A stretch of DNA of 62,599 nucleotides, counting the filler, from Rhabdomonas costata (Eukaryota), in NCBI GenBank assembly GCA_019059605.1. It is 41 parts of 41 records of this genome, joined end to end, with 100 filler letters (N's around TTAATTAATTAA, not from the genome) between each part and the next. Parts side by side here need not be neighbours in the genome. Positions count along the whole stretch, not along the records: positions 22,947 to 24,376 come from JAHMHO010016169.1; positions 24,477 to 25,906 come from JAHMHO010016170.1; positions 26,007 to 27,435 come from JAHMHO010016171.1; positions 27,536 to 28,964 come from JAHMHO010016172.1; positions 29,065 to 30,492 come from JAHMHO010016173.1; positions 30,593 to 32,022 come from JAHMHO010016174.1; positions 32,123 to 33,552 come from JAHMHO010016175.1; positions 33,653 to 35,081 come from JAHMHO010016176.1; 33 more parts are not named here. One strand, written 5' to 3'. Both the position numbers and the translations under genes were made by a program. Under the pieces are notes generated by a model. It was not told where the DNA came from, did no database searches, and saw nothing but the letters and a program-made list of their open reading frames with translations. This document shows positions 22,947-34,076 of this stretch, one piece after another; positions within the stretch are counted from its first letter, which is position 1, and the number at the start of each line of letters is the position of its first letter.

Positions 22947-23846
22947 GTGTGGTGGGGCAGGCCGCGACCGCCACAGCGGAGGCTGCAGAGGAGAGGCTGA
23001 CCCCGCAGGCCGTGGACCGCCTGCTGGCGGGCTACTTTGCGGGGCGCCTTCGCTCCGCAGAGGCCGATGCCGCGATGTCCACGGCACCCTCCGAGGCACC
23101 CCAGGGTCCCGAACCCCCCCATCCCATCGCACCTCCATTGCCCTTTGAGTTCACTACTGCCCCCGCCGTAGCAGCGCACTCCTCAGACCCTGTCCCATCG
23201 CAGGTCCTGACCGCAGAGGCTCTGCGCCCGGCTCCACAACACCAAGAAACCCTCCCCACTGCGCATCTTAACACGGGATCCGCTGCCGCTGCTGCGCAGC
23301 TCCCCACAACCACAAGGCCGCTCACGCCTCCTGCGCAGTGTTTGAAATGCGGTGGTGCGGCAGTGGCGGAGGGCAATATGGGCATGTGCTGTGTCGCTGC
23401 AAAGCTGGAGCAGCTTTCCGAGGAACTGCAGAGGGCCGCCCATGAGGTGCAGGCCTGCCTAGAGCCCTGCAGTCCCAGTGCTGCGGGGGCAGAGGCCAAG
23501 CCTACTACTGGGACAGAGGCCGAGGCTCAGGTGAGCGTGCGCTCACTCGCGACGCGAAGCTGTGGCACGGTTAACTTACCGGACAGAAGGGGATTCATGC
23601 ACAGAAATGAAGTTGCAGGTTGAAAGAAATCCCTTTCTTCCCCCACATAAACTGATACGGTGGGCATGGTTGCAGGAAAGCTGCCAGTAGCCCTCCCACG
23701 TTCCTCAGTTGATCGACAAACCCACCTTTCTCTTTGTGTGTGGTCAAATTCTGTTTGTGCATCAGGGGCAGCCTCCGCCGCGGGCTGCCGACGTGGAAGT
23801 TCTTCTGGAGCAGGTCTTGCACAGCTCGCACGAGCTGAGGAAGAAG
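22947..23846 (+). CDS. Hypothetical Ala/Pro-rich coiled-coil protein fragment (2 exons)
   Basis: Open frame to the GTGAGC donor at 23531, then an AG/GT-bounded exon at about 23766-23846 in phase 0. Confidence 0.55.
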
Positions 23847-24476
23847 GTTTCCTGCCCCCCCTCTCTTCATAGTTTCGCTAACGCGTTTCTGTGCGATTTA
23901 GAAGGCACCAACGAGAAGAGCGGGAATGCGCGGTAGTCGTCGCGGAGAAGAGCACTCACAGAGGTGCAGTCAGCATAAAAACTATAATAGCAGCAGTATA
24001 GCAGTATAGAGCAAAGGACATGACCGCATTCCAATTACCGTAAAGCTGAAAAAGTGGAGAAGAAAAAGAAGAGCGTCCGCTTAACATACCGTGTTTTACT
24101 TGGATCCTGGTTCCAGTACGAGGTAGCGAAGTGTCGATGGCGTCTTTGACTTTGGATGCTGTGGCTTCACCATCAGGCGGAGCTCTTGTCTGACAACTGA
24201 ACTTGTACAAGTGCCTATACTTCAAGCTTGCGTCTGGTCTCTAGAGCAAGAATATGATAAGAGGCCCCGGTCTTCTTCTTTTTTTTTTCATTTTTTTTTT
24301 GCTTTTCTTTGCTTTTTTACTCCTGTTTTTGTTTATGGCGCACCATCGCTCCTACCCCCCCCCCCCCCCCCCCCCCNNNNNNNNNNNNNNNNNNNNNNNN
24401 NNNNNNNNNNNNNNNNNNNNTTAATTAATTAANNNNNNNNNNNNNNNNNNNNNNNNNNNNNNNNNNNNNNNNNNNN

Positions 24477-24883
24477 GGTGGTGTGTCAGTCCCTCACCGA
24501 TTATAACTTTTCCTTATGGAGTTGTGATTGCTGGCGCCGGACTGTCCTTTCAAGAGGTCCAGTACTCCAACGAAGTGGCCACGGGCGCCCAGGTTCAAGG
24601 GCAGGTGCTAGTGGAGTGCAGTTATTTGAAAACTGCTGTGGAAGCTGTCCTGTCAAGTATGTTTTTTCTTACCCCTTCCCTTCATTGCCAATTGATACTT
24701 CTCTCTCACTGTTTTTTATTTGCCTGGCATTGTTTCCTTTAGCTTCGCTGCTCGCCTCCCCCACTTTGACGGTGGAATATCCCCTGATCAATGGGACTAT
24801 GTTGTTGTCCTGTTCTTCCCAAATGGGTTGGACCGCGACCAACCCTGGCTACGCGCTCTTTCCGATCAAAAATTGTCCCGTAG
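24477..24883 (+). CDS. Hypothetical beta-rich (possibly extracellular) protein fragment (2 exons)
   Basis: The exon ending at the GTATGT donor (about 24657) joins in phase 1 to exon about 24743-24883, which ends at a GTGTGT donor. Confidence 0.5.
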
Positions 24884-26500
24884 GTGTGTATCGTGAAGGA
24901 ACCCCTCCCAGCACACTCTCATGCTCTCATCCTCTAATGGCATTGCTTGAATTTTTGCATTTATCATGAAACACAAAGACACACAGAAGAAGTCGCGGGA
25001 AAAAAAAAGGGGGGGGGAATGAGAAGGGATAGGGAAAGGACGGGAATGCCGAGCCTGGAGAGTGCTCAGGGGCTGTTCACACACCAGAAGCTGCATGGTG
25101 CATTTTATGATCAAACGCTCAGAACAAGATTTTAATTATCAAATGTGACCTTAGTGATCAATGAAGAAGACTGTTTTCAGCGGAGCTGGCTGTGCTTTCG
25201 TTTGCGCTTCAGCTGCTCAGCAGGTAACCGGTCATGGAATCTCACGCTCTGCAAAAAAAAATACCAGTTGCTCATGGATAATGCTGGGTCGCATGGATGT
25301 CAGTGATGATTTTTTCGAACGTGAAAGCGAACGTGATCAATGATGACGATTTTATCAAACTTGACCAGTGCCCACAGAAAGCCCAGTTCCAGGTTGACAG
25401 CGACAGTGGAAACTGCACGCGGAACATAGGTTTTGTTCTCGGGTTTGAGTCAGGAGTGGGCATTGATGGGCAGGTACTGACCAGCAGAAGGTTGGGGATA
25501 ATTATAATCTGGGGGGTGGGGGCGTTAAATGTACGAGTCAGACACATTTTGGGGGAGTTTTTTTTAGGTCACAGCGGTTAGGTAAAGTTTGTCGAGTATT
25601 TCTAACTGGGTTTACTTTAGCGAAATGGGGTAGGTACTGTTTTTCTGCCCTCTAGACAGACGCATTTTATTTTGAGAAGGGTTAGGAAATTTATCACCGT
25701 TTAGCGGTTTAACAGAAGTTTAACGCACCACCACCACCACCACCATCGCCAAAAAAAAAATACAAGAGGCCCCAACGCTACTCTACTGGCATCATGTTCA
25801 TTTAAACGTTGTCAACCCATTCCTCTCCCCAACCATGCACTTGGAATGCTCCCAATTTCTCCGCTCGTTCTACGGAAATCCCAAAACCCCTCCTGAAACT
25901 CCCCCCNNNNNNNNNNNNNNNNNNNNNNNNNNNNNNNNNNNNNNNNNNNNTTAATTAATTAANNNNNNNNNNNNNNNNNNNNNNNNNNNNNNNNNNNNNN
26001 NNNNNNTTTGTTTGGTGACATTTTCGAATTTGGAAAAGTCTGGTTTTTCAGGTTTTTGTCTGTTTTTTCTGGCGGTGGGGTTTTGCTTCTTTTCTTTTCT
26101 TTCTCCACCTCCACGTCTCGTGAGACGGCGCGCGCCATACTCTCAACCGCGACGATCCTGAATTGTGGGATCACGGCGGAGGAAACAGAACGAATAATAG
26201 AACAAATAGAAGGATATAGTTTTGCTGAAACCTACTGGGAAGGAGTCTGTACCCCTTGGAGGCTCTTGTACATCCACGTGCGTTCTCCATCCCTTTTCTT
26301 GTGCTAACTTGCAATTGAAGATGGTAAGCATTGATTGCCCTGTTTGTGTGTTTACAAAGTGTGTTCGTAAAGACCACAGGTGAGGTCAATGTTTCAAACC
26401 GAGGCATGTCTTTTTTATCGTTTTTCAAGTTGATGCACTTATTTGTAACAGACAACTTTCGACCGAAGTTCTTTGCTGTTTGTTGTCTCCTGTGTACATC

Positions 26501-27435
26501 ATGTCAGTTACTGGCTGTGCTCCTTTGGAGCACCGCTATGAGAGAACATCTCTTACGTCGCAGAGTTGCTGCGATGGCTGCGGATGCTTTTTACGCGCCA
26601 GTGCCGAAGCCTGGAGGTGCCGCTTGTGTGGCAGGATCTGTCATAGCAATTGCCGAATAGACTCTTCGAGCGCCCTGCTTTCCGCAGAAGTGGTCCCGAC
26701 TTCCGTTTTAGTTCAACTACTCACTGACCTCGAGGTTCCCTTCACGAATGTTGAAGACCGCATTGACCTCATCGGGGCCTTTGCGGGTTGGTTGGCTCGC
26801 CAGAGCTCGCCGCTCTCCTTGCCCCCTCGGAGCCTGGTATTTTCCAGTAGGCTGGTCTTGGGACGATTGCAGGGCTTTCCCCTTGAACTATGGTGCTGCG
26901 TAGTGTATTTTCTGGATCCGAAAGACCTGCGCCCTCTGCTGCTGTCTTGCCGCTCGTACTACTACGTTGTGGAGACGTGTCGCCTTCCGCATTCCGCGGC
27001 AGCTCTCAAGAGGAGACTGTCCACACAGTTTGGGATTACGGACTTTCGTGATGGAGAGTACACGTTGTATCATCGTGGGAATCCCTCTCGTCCATTTTAT
27101 GCGTATATCCACAACTTTAGCTCGGAGAATCCCACAGAGTACCTCACCCTCCGGCACACTGAGCATGGGGAGAACTTTTCGTTTTATCCCAGTGGTGGAA
27201 GTGCTGCTGGGCCGGGATGCCTCACTCGGTTTCGGAAGCTTCGGGTCAATCCTGTCACGCTGGTTGTCAAGACGGACGACTTTACATTCGCGGAAAGCGA
27301 GGGCTCCATTGTTCAGACATACTGGAACCGGAAGCGCACCCTGATTCTCCGGACGATTCCATACGCCACTGCCCGGGCGTGCTCTGGGCATGGGCGGTCT
27401 GGCACCGCGAGCGTTGACCTCCGGGACACCCCAAC
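26501..27435 (+). CDS. C1 zinc finger - (SAP/HeH-like) - F-box - GON domain protein, 3'-truncated by contig end
   Basis: H-x12-C-x2-C-x12-C-x2-C-x4-H-x2-C at 26531-26653. F-box-like LQGFPLELWCCVVYFLDPKDL..LLLSCRSYY at 26867-26977. GON-like LPHS...DGEYTLY...PTEYLTL...GENFS...TRFRKLRVNPVTLVVKTDDFTFAES...IPYATA..C...GTASVDLRDTP from 26984. Confidence 0.8.
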
Positions 27436-27865
27436 NNNNNNNNNNNNNNNNNNNNNNNNNNNNNNNNNNNNNNNNNNNNTTAATTAATTAANNNNNNNNN
27501 NNNNNNNNNNNNNNNNNNNNNNNNNNNNNNNNNNNCCCGAAGCGTGCATGCATTCTTACCTTCTTTATTCTGGTCCCGTGATTTCCTTGGTTGCTGTGCT
27601 CACCGGCGCACCGGCCCTCCAATCGAGCCGATCATGACGTGATATCTCATGGCCTTCGTGTGGTCGTCTTTTGGGGCACCCATCAGTGGGCAGTGACTCA
27701 GTCATCGGTCAGAAGCGAATGGGTACATTCACCGGGCAGTGCAACAGGATAACACTGGGCTGCGGGTCACTATACAGGCATTGTGGAGGTGACTTCTCAG
27801 TTTTAGTCCACCTTCTCCTGGTGGGCACATTTCCATTTTTGATATCTTTCCTTCCCTGCGGACAG

Positions 27866-28386
27866 ACGATGTGGCAAGAGCTGCAGCGCTTCGACAACGT
27901 CATCGCCGTGGCCGAGGCCAAAGGGGTGGCTGACGTGGAGACTCGCAAGCAGGCCTACCTGCAGTGGCTGCTGCAGACCAAGCAGGAGGAGAAGGCTGGG
28001 GAGATGAAGGAGAGGGACCACCGGTCTGCGACCTACACAAATCTTCTTTTTGGGAAGGATCGCTGTGGAGTTTGGGTCTTCAATGCATAGTGCCCACTGA
28101 TCCCCAGGAAAGAAGAAAAGATCAAGAAGAAGAAACCCGCCACCCCACTCAATAAAATCCACAACACCTCTGATGAGTTTTTGTCTCTTTTTTGGTTTTC
28201 ACGGTGTCGTATGCAGCAAGGGGGCCTTCTGCACTGTGGTGTGCGAATGTGGCGCATGGGGCGGGGCGCGGGATTGCACACAGGTTCCAGGAGGCGATTG
28301 AGCTGTACCTGCAGGGTGGGCTGCCTGCCAGGGCTGCCCATGTGGTCAACACGTGTGGGATCAACCCCCCCGACCAGCTGCTGGAG
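27866..28386 (+). CDS. IFT172: Intraflagellar transport protein 172 fragment (2 exons)
   Basis: Exons 27866-28023 and 28284-28386 give MWQELQRFDNVIAVAEAKG....RKQAYLQWLLQTKQEEKAGEMKERDHR|FQEAIELYLQGGLPARAA, matching the conserved IFT172 TPR region (QEEKAGE...AI.LYL..GLPA.AA). Confidence 0.92.
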
Positions 28387-29309
28387 GTGCTCGCCGACCT
28401 CCTCCTCTTTCCTCCCTCACCCCTCCATTTGTTCCGCATCCCCTTGGACAGCATAAGGCCCTGTTTCGCGCGTTGCATTTCACATGCACGCAAACACCCG
28501 CCAAAGAATCGGTGTGTTTATGTGTGCGTGAATGGACGGTGCACACTTACCCCAAATCACGTATACTCGTTTTCAATGTTGTAGAAGTGGGACAAGGCCT
28601 CTCAAGGTCACGTTCCCGGCCCAGCCACCCGCTCCGGCCGCGGCACGCACGGACCGCGGTCCGCCGCGTTGCTGGATTCGCCTCTAATCTTGTCCTACTT
28701 GTCCCCCCATATCCCGGCCATAGGCTAGTCCTTAGCTATCACCAGGATATGGCGTGCAATCCAAAAATACTCATCTAAGGAGCACTGGCACCTAACCCAT
28801 TACAGTAAAATAAAGTTATTTCGAGGATGCATCAGCTTCGTAAATTTTTGCGCGGTAAAATAAGAAGAACAGTTTTCGATACGCTTTCTGCTACCACTGG
28901 TAACGGTTACCACTGGTAGCAGAAAGCGTATCGAAAACTGTTCTTCTTATTTTACCCCACAAAANNNNNNNNNNNNNNNNNNNNNNNNNNNNNNNNNNNN
29001 NNNNNNNNTTAATTAATTAANNNNNNNNNNNNNNNNNNNNNNNNNNNNNNNNNNNNNNNNNNNNGTGGTTTTGTATTTACGTATTTACTTCTGTGTTCTC
29101 CCCGTGCGTTGTTGTGGTGGGATTTGGTTTTTTCTCGCCGCCAGCGCCTTGGAGCGATACCTGAGACCTCCCCACTTTTCTATTTTGCCCACGCCAAGCA
29201 CTCACTCTTCTGCCATTCCCTGCCCCTCCGGGCGCACGTTTCTTTCTGCTGCCATTCCTAGATTCGGCCTTTTTGTGCTTCTGTGCTTCCGCTGCTGAGT
29301 ACTGCATCG

Positions 29310-30150
29310 GTTGTAGCTGGATTAAAGCCAAAATCAGGAGCAGCAAAGGTTGTGATCGCCGAATGTTTCTATTATGGCGGAGCAGCCGCCACAGGCGGTG
29401 TGCGCTGGGAAGTAAATGCCGCACTGTAACCTCAGCAGCGCTTGAAAGGCAGACGTCGATAACGGATCATAATTACACGCACCTGAAATAATTGTGAGCC
29501 GTGATCAGGCCTGTGGGCCCAACTATAGGAGGCGTAAGGTATCCAACAAGTTGGAGGCGTCGCGGGTGAACCGTTGAGCGCGGAAATTATCTGGTATTTT
29601 TTCTGGAATGGTAGTTTTGGTCTAGCAAAAAGGGTTTCCAATTAGATTCCTTGAGTTTTGGTCTAAGCGGTTGCAAGTCTCAAAGAAACCGGTAGGGTCA
29701 AGTGGCCATAAGATCTTCGTGTGGAAAGCGGTACCAAAAGAAACCAAAAGCAGGATAAAAGCAGTAATAGACAATGTTATTGTGCATGGAAAATAAATTA
29801 TCTGTGACAGGGGAATGACAAGGAAGTTCATCTGGACAAAATTGCATTTCCGCTGGAGGAAATGTGGATGAAAGCATGTGCTGTTGTAGTTTGGTGCGTG
29901 TTTTTGGGCAATGCGTGAACCTTGACCTTGACATTACCCTTTTTTGACGGGTGGAAAGAACGTAGAAGCATCCACTCCACCAAAGGTTGCATCATTTCAG
30001 CAAAAAGTGTTATACTTCATATTATTCTACGCCAAGGACGGCCTGCGAAGGAAGATACGGATCATGAGGCCCAAAAACCCAGAAGAAGCACAAGGCAAAA
30101 GAAGAAAACGGTGATAACGACAAGCAGTAGCCATGGGATTTATGAGATCT
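29310..30150 (-). mobile_element. Decayed CRE-clade (SLACS/CZAR/CRE-like) non-LTR retrotransposon
   Basis: In order on the minus strand: LSPF.FCLVL (RT motif, about 30086-30120), a decayed YxDD region FC*NDATFGG (about 29976-30006), then DTLRLL*LGPQA*SRL...LSTSAFQALLRLQCGIYFPAHTACGGCSAIIETFGDHNLCC. The last is the CRE-type linker and CCHC zinc knuckle (about 29340-29560). Many stops and frameshifts. Confidence 0.7.
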
Positions 30151-30794
30151 GTTGTTGCCTTTTCTGCGGTTTGATCACTGATTGTTTACATTTGCCTTAA
30201 CTTTGCCTCGCTAGTCATTGGAATGGTTGGTAGTATGACGATCTGCCACCAAAACCTCGTTGCCATGACGCCAAAAGGAAATAATAAGTTGTAAGCAGTG
30301 CGGCGCATGCAGACTAAGATGTAACAGTGTCAAATTGCAACTTTGTAGCAATCAGATTCTCTCCGCAAATTGTGTAAAAATATAACCGCATGTACACAAG
30401 TACACCAAAGGCGCAGTCTGATGCAACTATTAGGTTTTGCCTTCAACGTCATGTCATGGCATGATTTAGTGCGGCGTGAGTTCTTAATATTGNNNNNNNN
30501 NNNNNNNNNNNNNNNNNNNNNNNNNNNNNNNNNNNNTTAATTAATTAANNNNNNNNNNNNNNNNNNNNNNNNNNNNNNNNNNNNNNNNNNNNTCGATTGG
30601 TTAGGTTTCGGGTCCCTCTCTTGAATTTGACGTGGGATGCTCTTTTCCTTCTCATTTGTAATTTGTTTTCTTTAACACGATAGGGCTAATCCGAAGCAGG
30701 CGTGGTGTATAATTGAATTTTTTTTAAAAAAATTTATTTGCATTTTATTTTTTCCTTTTCATTTATTTTTCTTTCGAATGGCGTACCCATCATT

Positions 30795-31198
30795 GGGGTG
30801 GCGTCTCCATCCGGGTCGCTCTATTTTTTCTCTATTATTTCGCCTGTGCTGATCTTGGGGCAAGAGTACCCCAGTCGAGCACGCCCAGGGAGAGGAATGG
30901 GGTGCATGGAGCAGGGTACCAGACCGCAAAGACGGGCCTCCTGCCAGCCTGCTTTTGTGAAATGGAGTAAACCCGTGCGAAAACGGTCTCTTTGTCCGGG
31001 TCCACGCGAGGGCAAACACACAACCAAGAACAAAGGGGGGGGGCGGAAGGGAGCACCACACTCCAAAGAAAACTCCTCCCCCCGACCGCTGTAACCAGCA
31101 GCGGCGAGCTGCCTGAGGGTACGGGGGGAGATGAGAGTCGCTCCGCGGGTCCCCCCAGACGAAGCTCAGCTGAGATCCGATGCCTTTGCGCAAGGCAA
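30795..31198 (+). repeat. Interspersed repeat(s) upstream of the first visible HAP2 exon
   Basis: 30795-30886 matches 57618-57715 in reverse complement, and 31148-31198 matches 22030-22084 in reverse complement. Confidence 0.8.
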
Positions 31199-31386
31199 CC
31201 GATACCCCGCTGCCAGCACTCCGCCGGCCGGCTCCGTTTTCCGCAACCTCAAACTTCTTCTCAACCGGTCTTAATTCAGTTTGTCTTTACGGGGTTTTCG
31301 CAATGACTTCAAGTGTTTGCACAGTCATGTTTCACTGCAGTTCCGAAGTCGAAGGCGTCTTCCCGTTTCCGAACTTTTTCTGACAG

Positions 31387-32022
31387 GATGCGAGTCGAAA
31401 TTTGTTGTCACGCTGACAGTTCAGAACAACCAGCAGAACACCGAATCTGTCGACGCCTTCACCACCGCGACATCACCCTCAACAGGCCAAACGTATACCC
31501 TGGCGGATCCTGTGTCCATCTCTGTGGCCAAGGCAGCACCACTGGTTCGGTACCCCATCAGCTACGTTCAAGATGTCAACTCTCAGCCCATTGGTTTATC
31601 CTGCTTCGGGAGAGGTGGGGGTCGCTTTTCCTTTGAGCTCTCTGCAATGGGTTTGAACGGTGGCGAGAGGAGGGCTGAAATGAAATCTTGACAAAAAAGT
31701 AGTAACTACAGTGGTCGGAATCTGGAAATTATGGGCATACATACATAAGAATTCTCAGAGCAACGGTTGATTCGGAGATGTGAATTTATTGATACATACA
31801 GCAGGGAAAAGGGATAATTGGGAAAAACTCCAGTACGTTTGGCTCCTGTTTCTTTTTTTCAACATAGGATATTGGTTTTGTTTGTTGCTGAACTCCTGAA
31901 CTCCGTTGCTAAATGTGCCTTTCTGTGATTCAGAAAAGGATATTTACACAAGGTTATTTAGTTGTGACGACGGCCCAACATCTACTTCAACAACCTGCGG
32001 TTGGCAGTTGGACACCAACAAA
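31387..32022 (+). CDS. HAP2: HAP2/GCS1 gamete membrane fusogen, N-terminal ectodomain fragment (2 exons)
   Basis: Exons 31387-31593 and 31934-32022 (GT..AG, phase 1) give CESKFVVTLTVQNNQQNTE...LADPVSISVAKAAPLVRYPISYVQDVNSQPI|EKDIYTRLFSCDDGPTSTSTTCGWQLDTN. This follows the HAP2 pattern C..K.VVTL.V...P.....K.....YP..Y...N..P.E...C.D......TCG. Confidence 0.85.
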
Positions 32023-32122
32023 NNNNNNNNNNNNNNNNNNNNNNNNNNNNNNNNNNNNNNNNNNNNTTAATTAATTAANNNNNNNNNNNNNNNNNNNNNN
32101 NNNNNNNNNNNNNNNNNNNNNN

Positions 32123-32429
32123 GTGGTTGGTGGGCCAGGCGCAGTACTTTGGCGTACAGCTGGTCCTGGTAGGAGAGGAACGGGTGGCCCAGCAGGAGCT
32201 TCAGAGAAGCCGAAGAGATGGTATCGGGGAGAGTGGGCGGAGGCTGCGTGGCGAGGCTGAGACTGAGAGCTGCGAATTTGGCCTCCAGGTTGGTTTTGGA
32301 AGCTGCAACCTGGGACTGTAGCGCCAGGTGGCTTTGCTCAAGGTTTTTATGGGAGGCCTGGATCTGCTGTACCGCATGGCTACACCCGGACGGAGCATGC
32401 ACGTACCGCCTAATGGCGGTGAAGGGCAT
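32123..32429 (-). other. Intronless coiled-coil ORF fragment next to a C/A-skewed tract; possible retroelement ORF1 remnant
   Basis: HAVQQIQASHKNLEQSHLALQSQVAASKTNLEAKFAALSLSL heptad pattern; family not recognised. Confidence 0.25.
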
Positions 32430-34076
32430 GCGTAGTGACAGGTTGGGTTAAAGAGTGGAGGCACGAACTGATGTGAGTGCCGACATGATGAGGGGTATTC
32501 TATGTCGCATGATCCCTTCACTGCGTTCAGGGATAATGCTCCTACTGTCTACAGTCGTTATATCATATCCTTACTTCGATACCATTCCTCCATCAATCCC
32601 CACTCGCTGATGCATCGCTACCAAGAAAATGTGGCTAGAAGTTCACACGATCCGACATACCGACGACCAACCATGCACCAAACACGCACCCCACCTGACA
32701 CGTAGAATTCACCAAAAAAACACCAACAGATGGACAAGCACGAGCACCGTAAGCACCATGGGTAAGAGGAAATGCATGCCGAAACACCGATTCACCCTTA
32801 CCCCTTACACCACCGAACCACCCCACAAAAACTCCAAGATCTGTACTCTCACAACAGGAAGCTCCGTAACCAGAGAGCAAATCACCACCAATGCCCACAG
32901 AGACATCTTAACCTACACCAAAGAATACCATTAAATCAAGCACCACACAGCAACAACCAGATCCCCAAACCAATACACCAGATCGCACAACGATACAGAG
33001 AAGATACATGCAACTAAAAACGTATCATATGAGAGTACACGCACATGAAGAACACAGAAGTACCATTTGCATGAAGACCTAGCAACTACACCCAGCATTC
33101 AATTCCCAAATCACATCCACCACAAAAGAAAATTCTCACTCAGCAGAAGGACAATATCAACACACTAGCACAAATTCCGTAGTTAATTGCACACCTCAAA
33201 ACATTACTGCGCAGAACACCTATGACTAGTCTGGAGAAAACAACGCCAAAGTACTCTTTGCCCTCTTGGAAACGACTTTCAACACAGCGGCAGCGGAATA
33301 GCACATTATTACAACGGAACACAAGACCGACACCTACACCAAACCCAGACACATAAGTCCGACTCCGAAACTGACCCCAGAAGCGAAGCCATTCTCAGCA
33401 CCACCGACGCAGAAGCCAAACCCTAGCACCACAACCCCCACGCACACCAAAGCCACACCCACCCACTTCAACACACTAGCACCACGCAAAACTACCTCGG
33501 AAGCACTCAGAAAAGCTAAGGAACCCAGATAACAGCGGAAACCTGAACCACANNNNNNNNNNNNNNNNNNNNNNNNNNNNNNNNNNNNNNNNNNNNTTAA
33601 TTAATTAANNNNNNNNNNNNNNNNNNNNNNNNNNNNNNNNNNNNNNNNNNNNGTGGGGTTGTCTGTTCTTTTGAACGGGCCGCTCTACATTGCTGCTGCT
33701 GCTTTATGTGTGTTGGGGGGGGGGGAGAAACGCGAGTCTTCCCCAGAAAAACGTCACCTTGGCCAAGTGCACAAAGTGTGTTTGTGTGTGTGTGTGCTGT
33801 TTAGGCCCTGCTAGAGAAGGTGTTGTGCTGGGCGAGCATGGAAGTTTGGCGCCCATCAAGCCGTGGCTCTAATCCGCCACTGAGGTTTCCTCTCCGCACA
33901 GCTGAAGAGGAAGGCGTGGAGAGTTGTCATACCCCCTAAACCAACGGCCACACCAGCATGAGAAATCACCCGCCCTCGTGAAGGAGAGCTCCAATTGAAG
34001 AGCAAACCCTGTGTGTGTGTGTGAATGCGTGCGTTCCGTTTTGTGCACTGTCCCGACGTGTAATTCCAATTGCCAG

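Noticed and set aside
25290-25370. Two box C-like motifs (GTGATGA, ATGATGA) suggesting C/D snoRNAs
   Set aside because: No canonical CTGA box D at a suitable distance and no terminal stem.
29700-29703. TGA shared in one frame by both CRE-like copies (possible recoded stop)
   Set aside because: The synonymous changes fit another frame (W.LD.T), where TGA is not a codon. Both copies are decayed, and host genes use standard stops.
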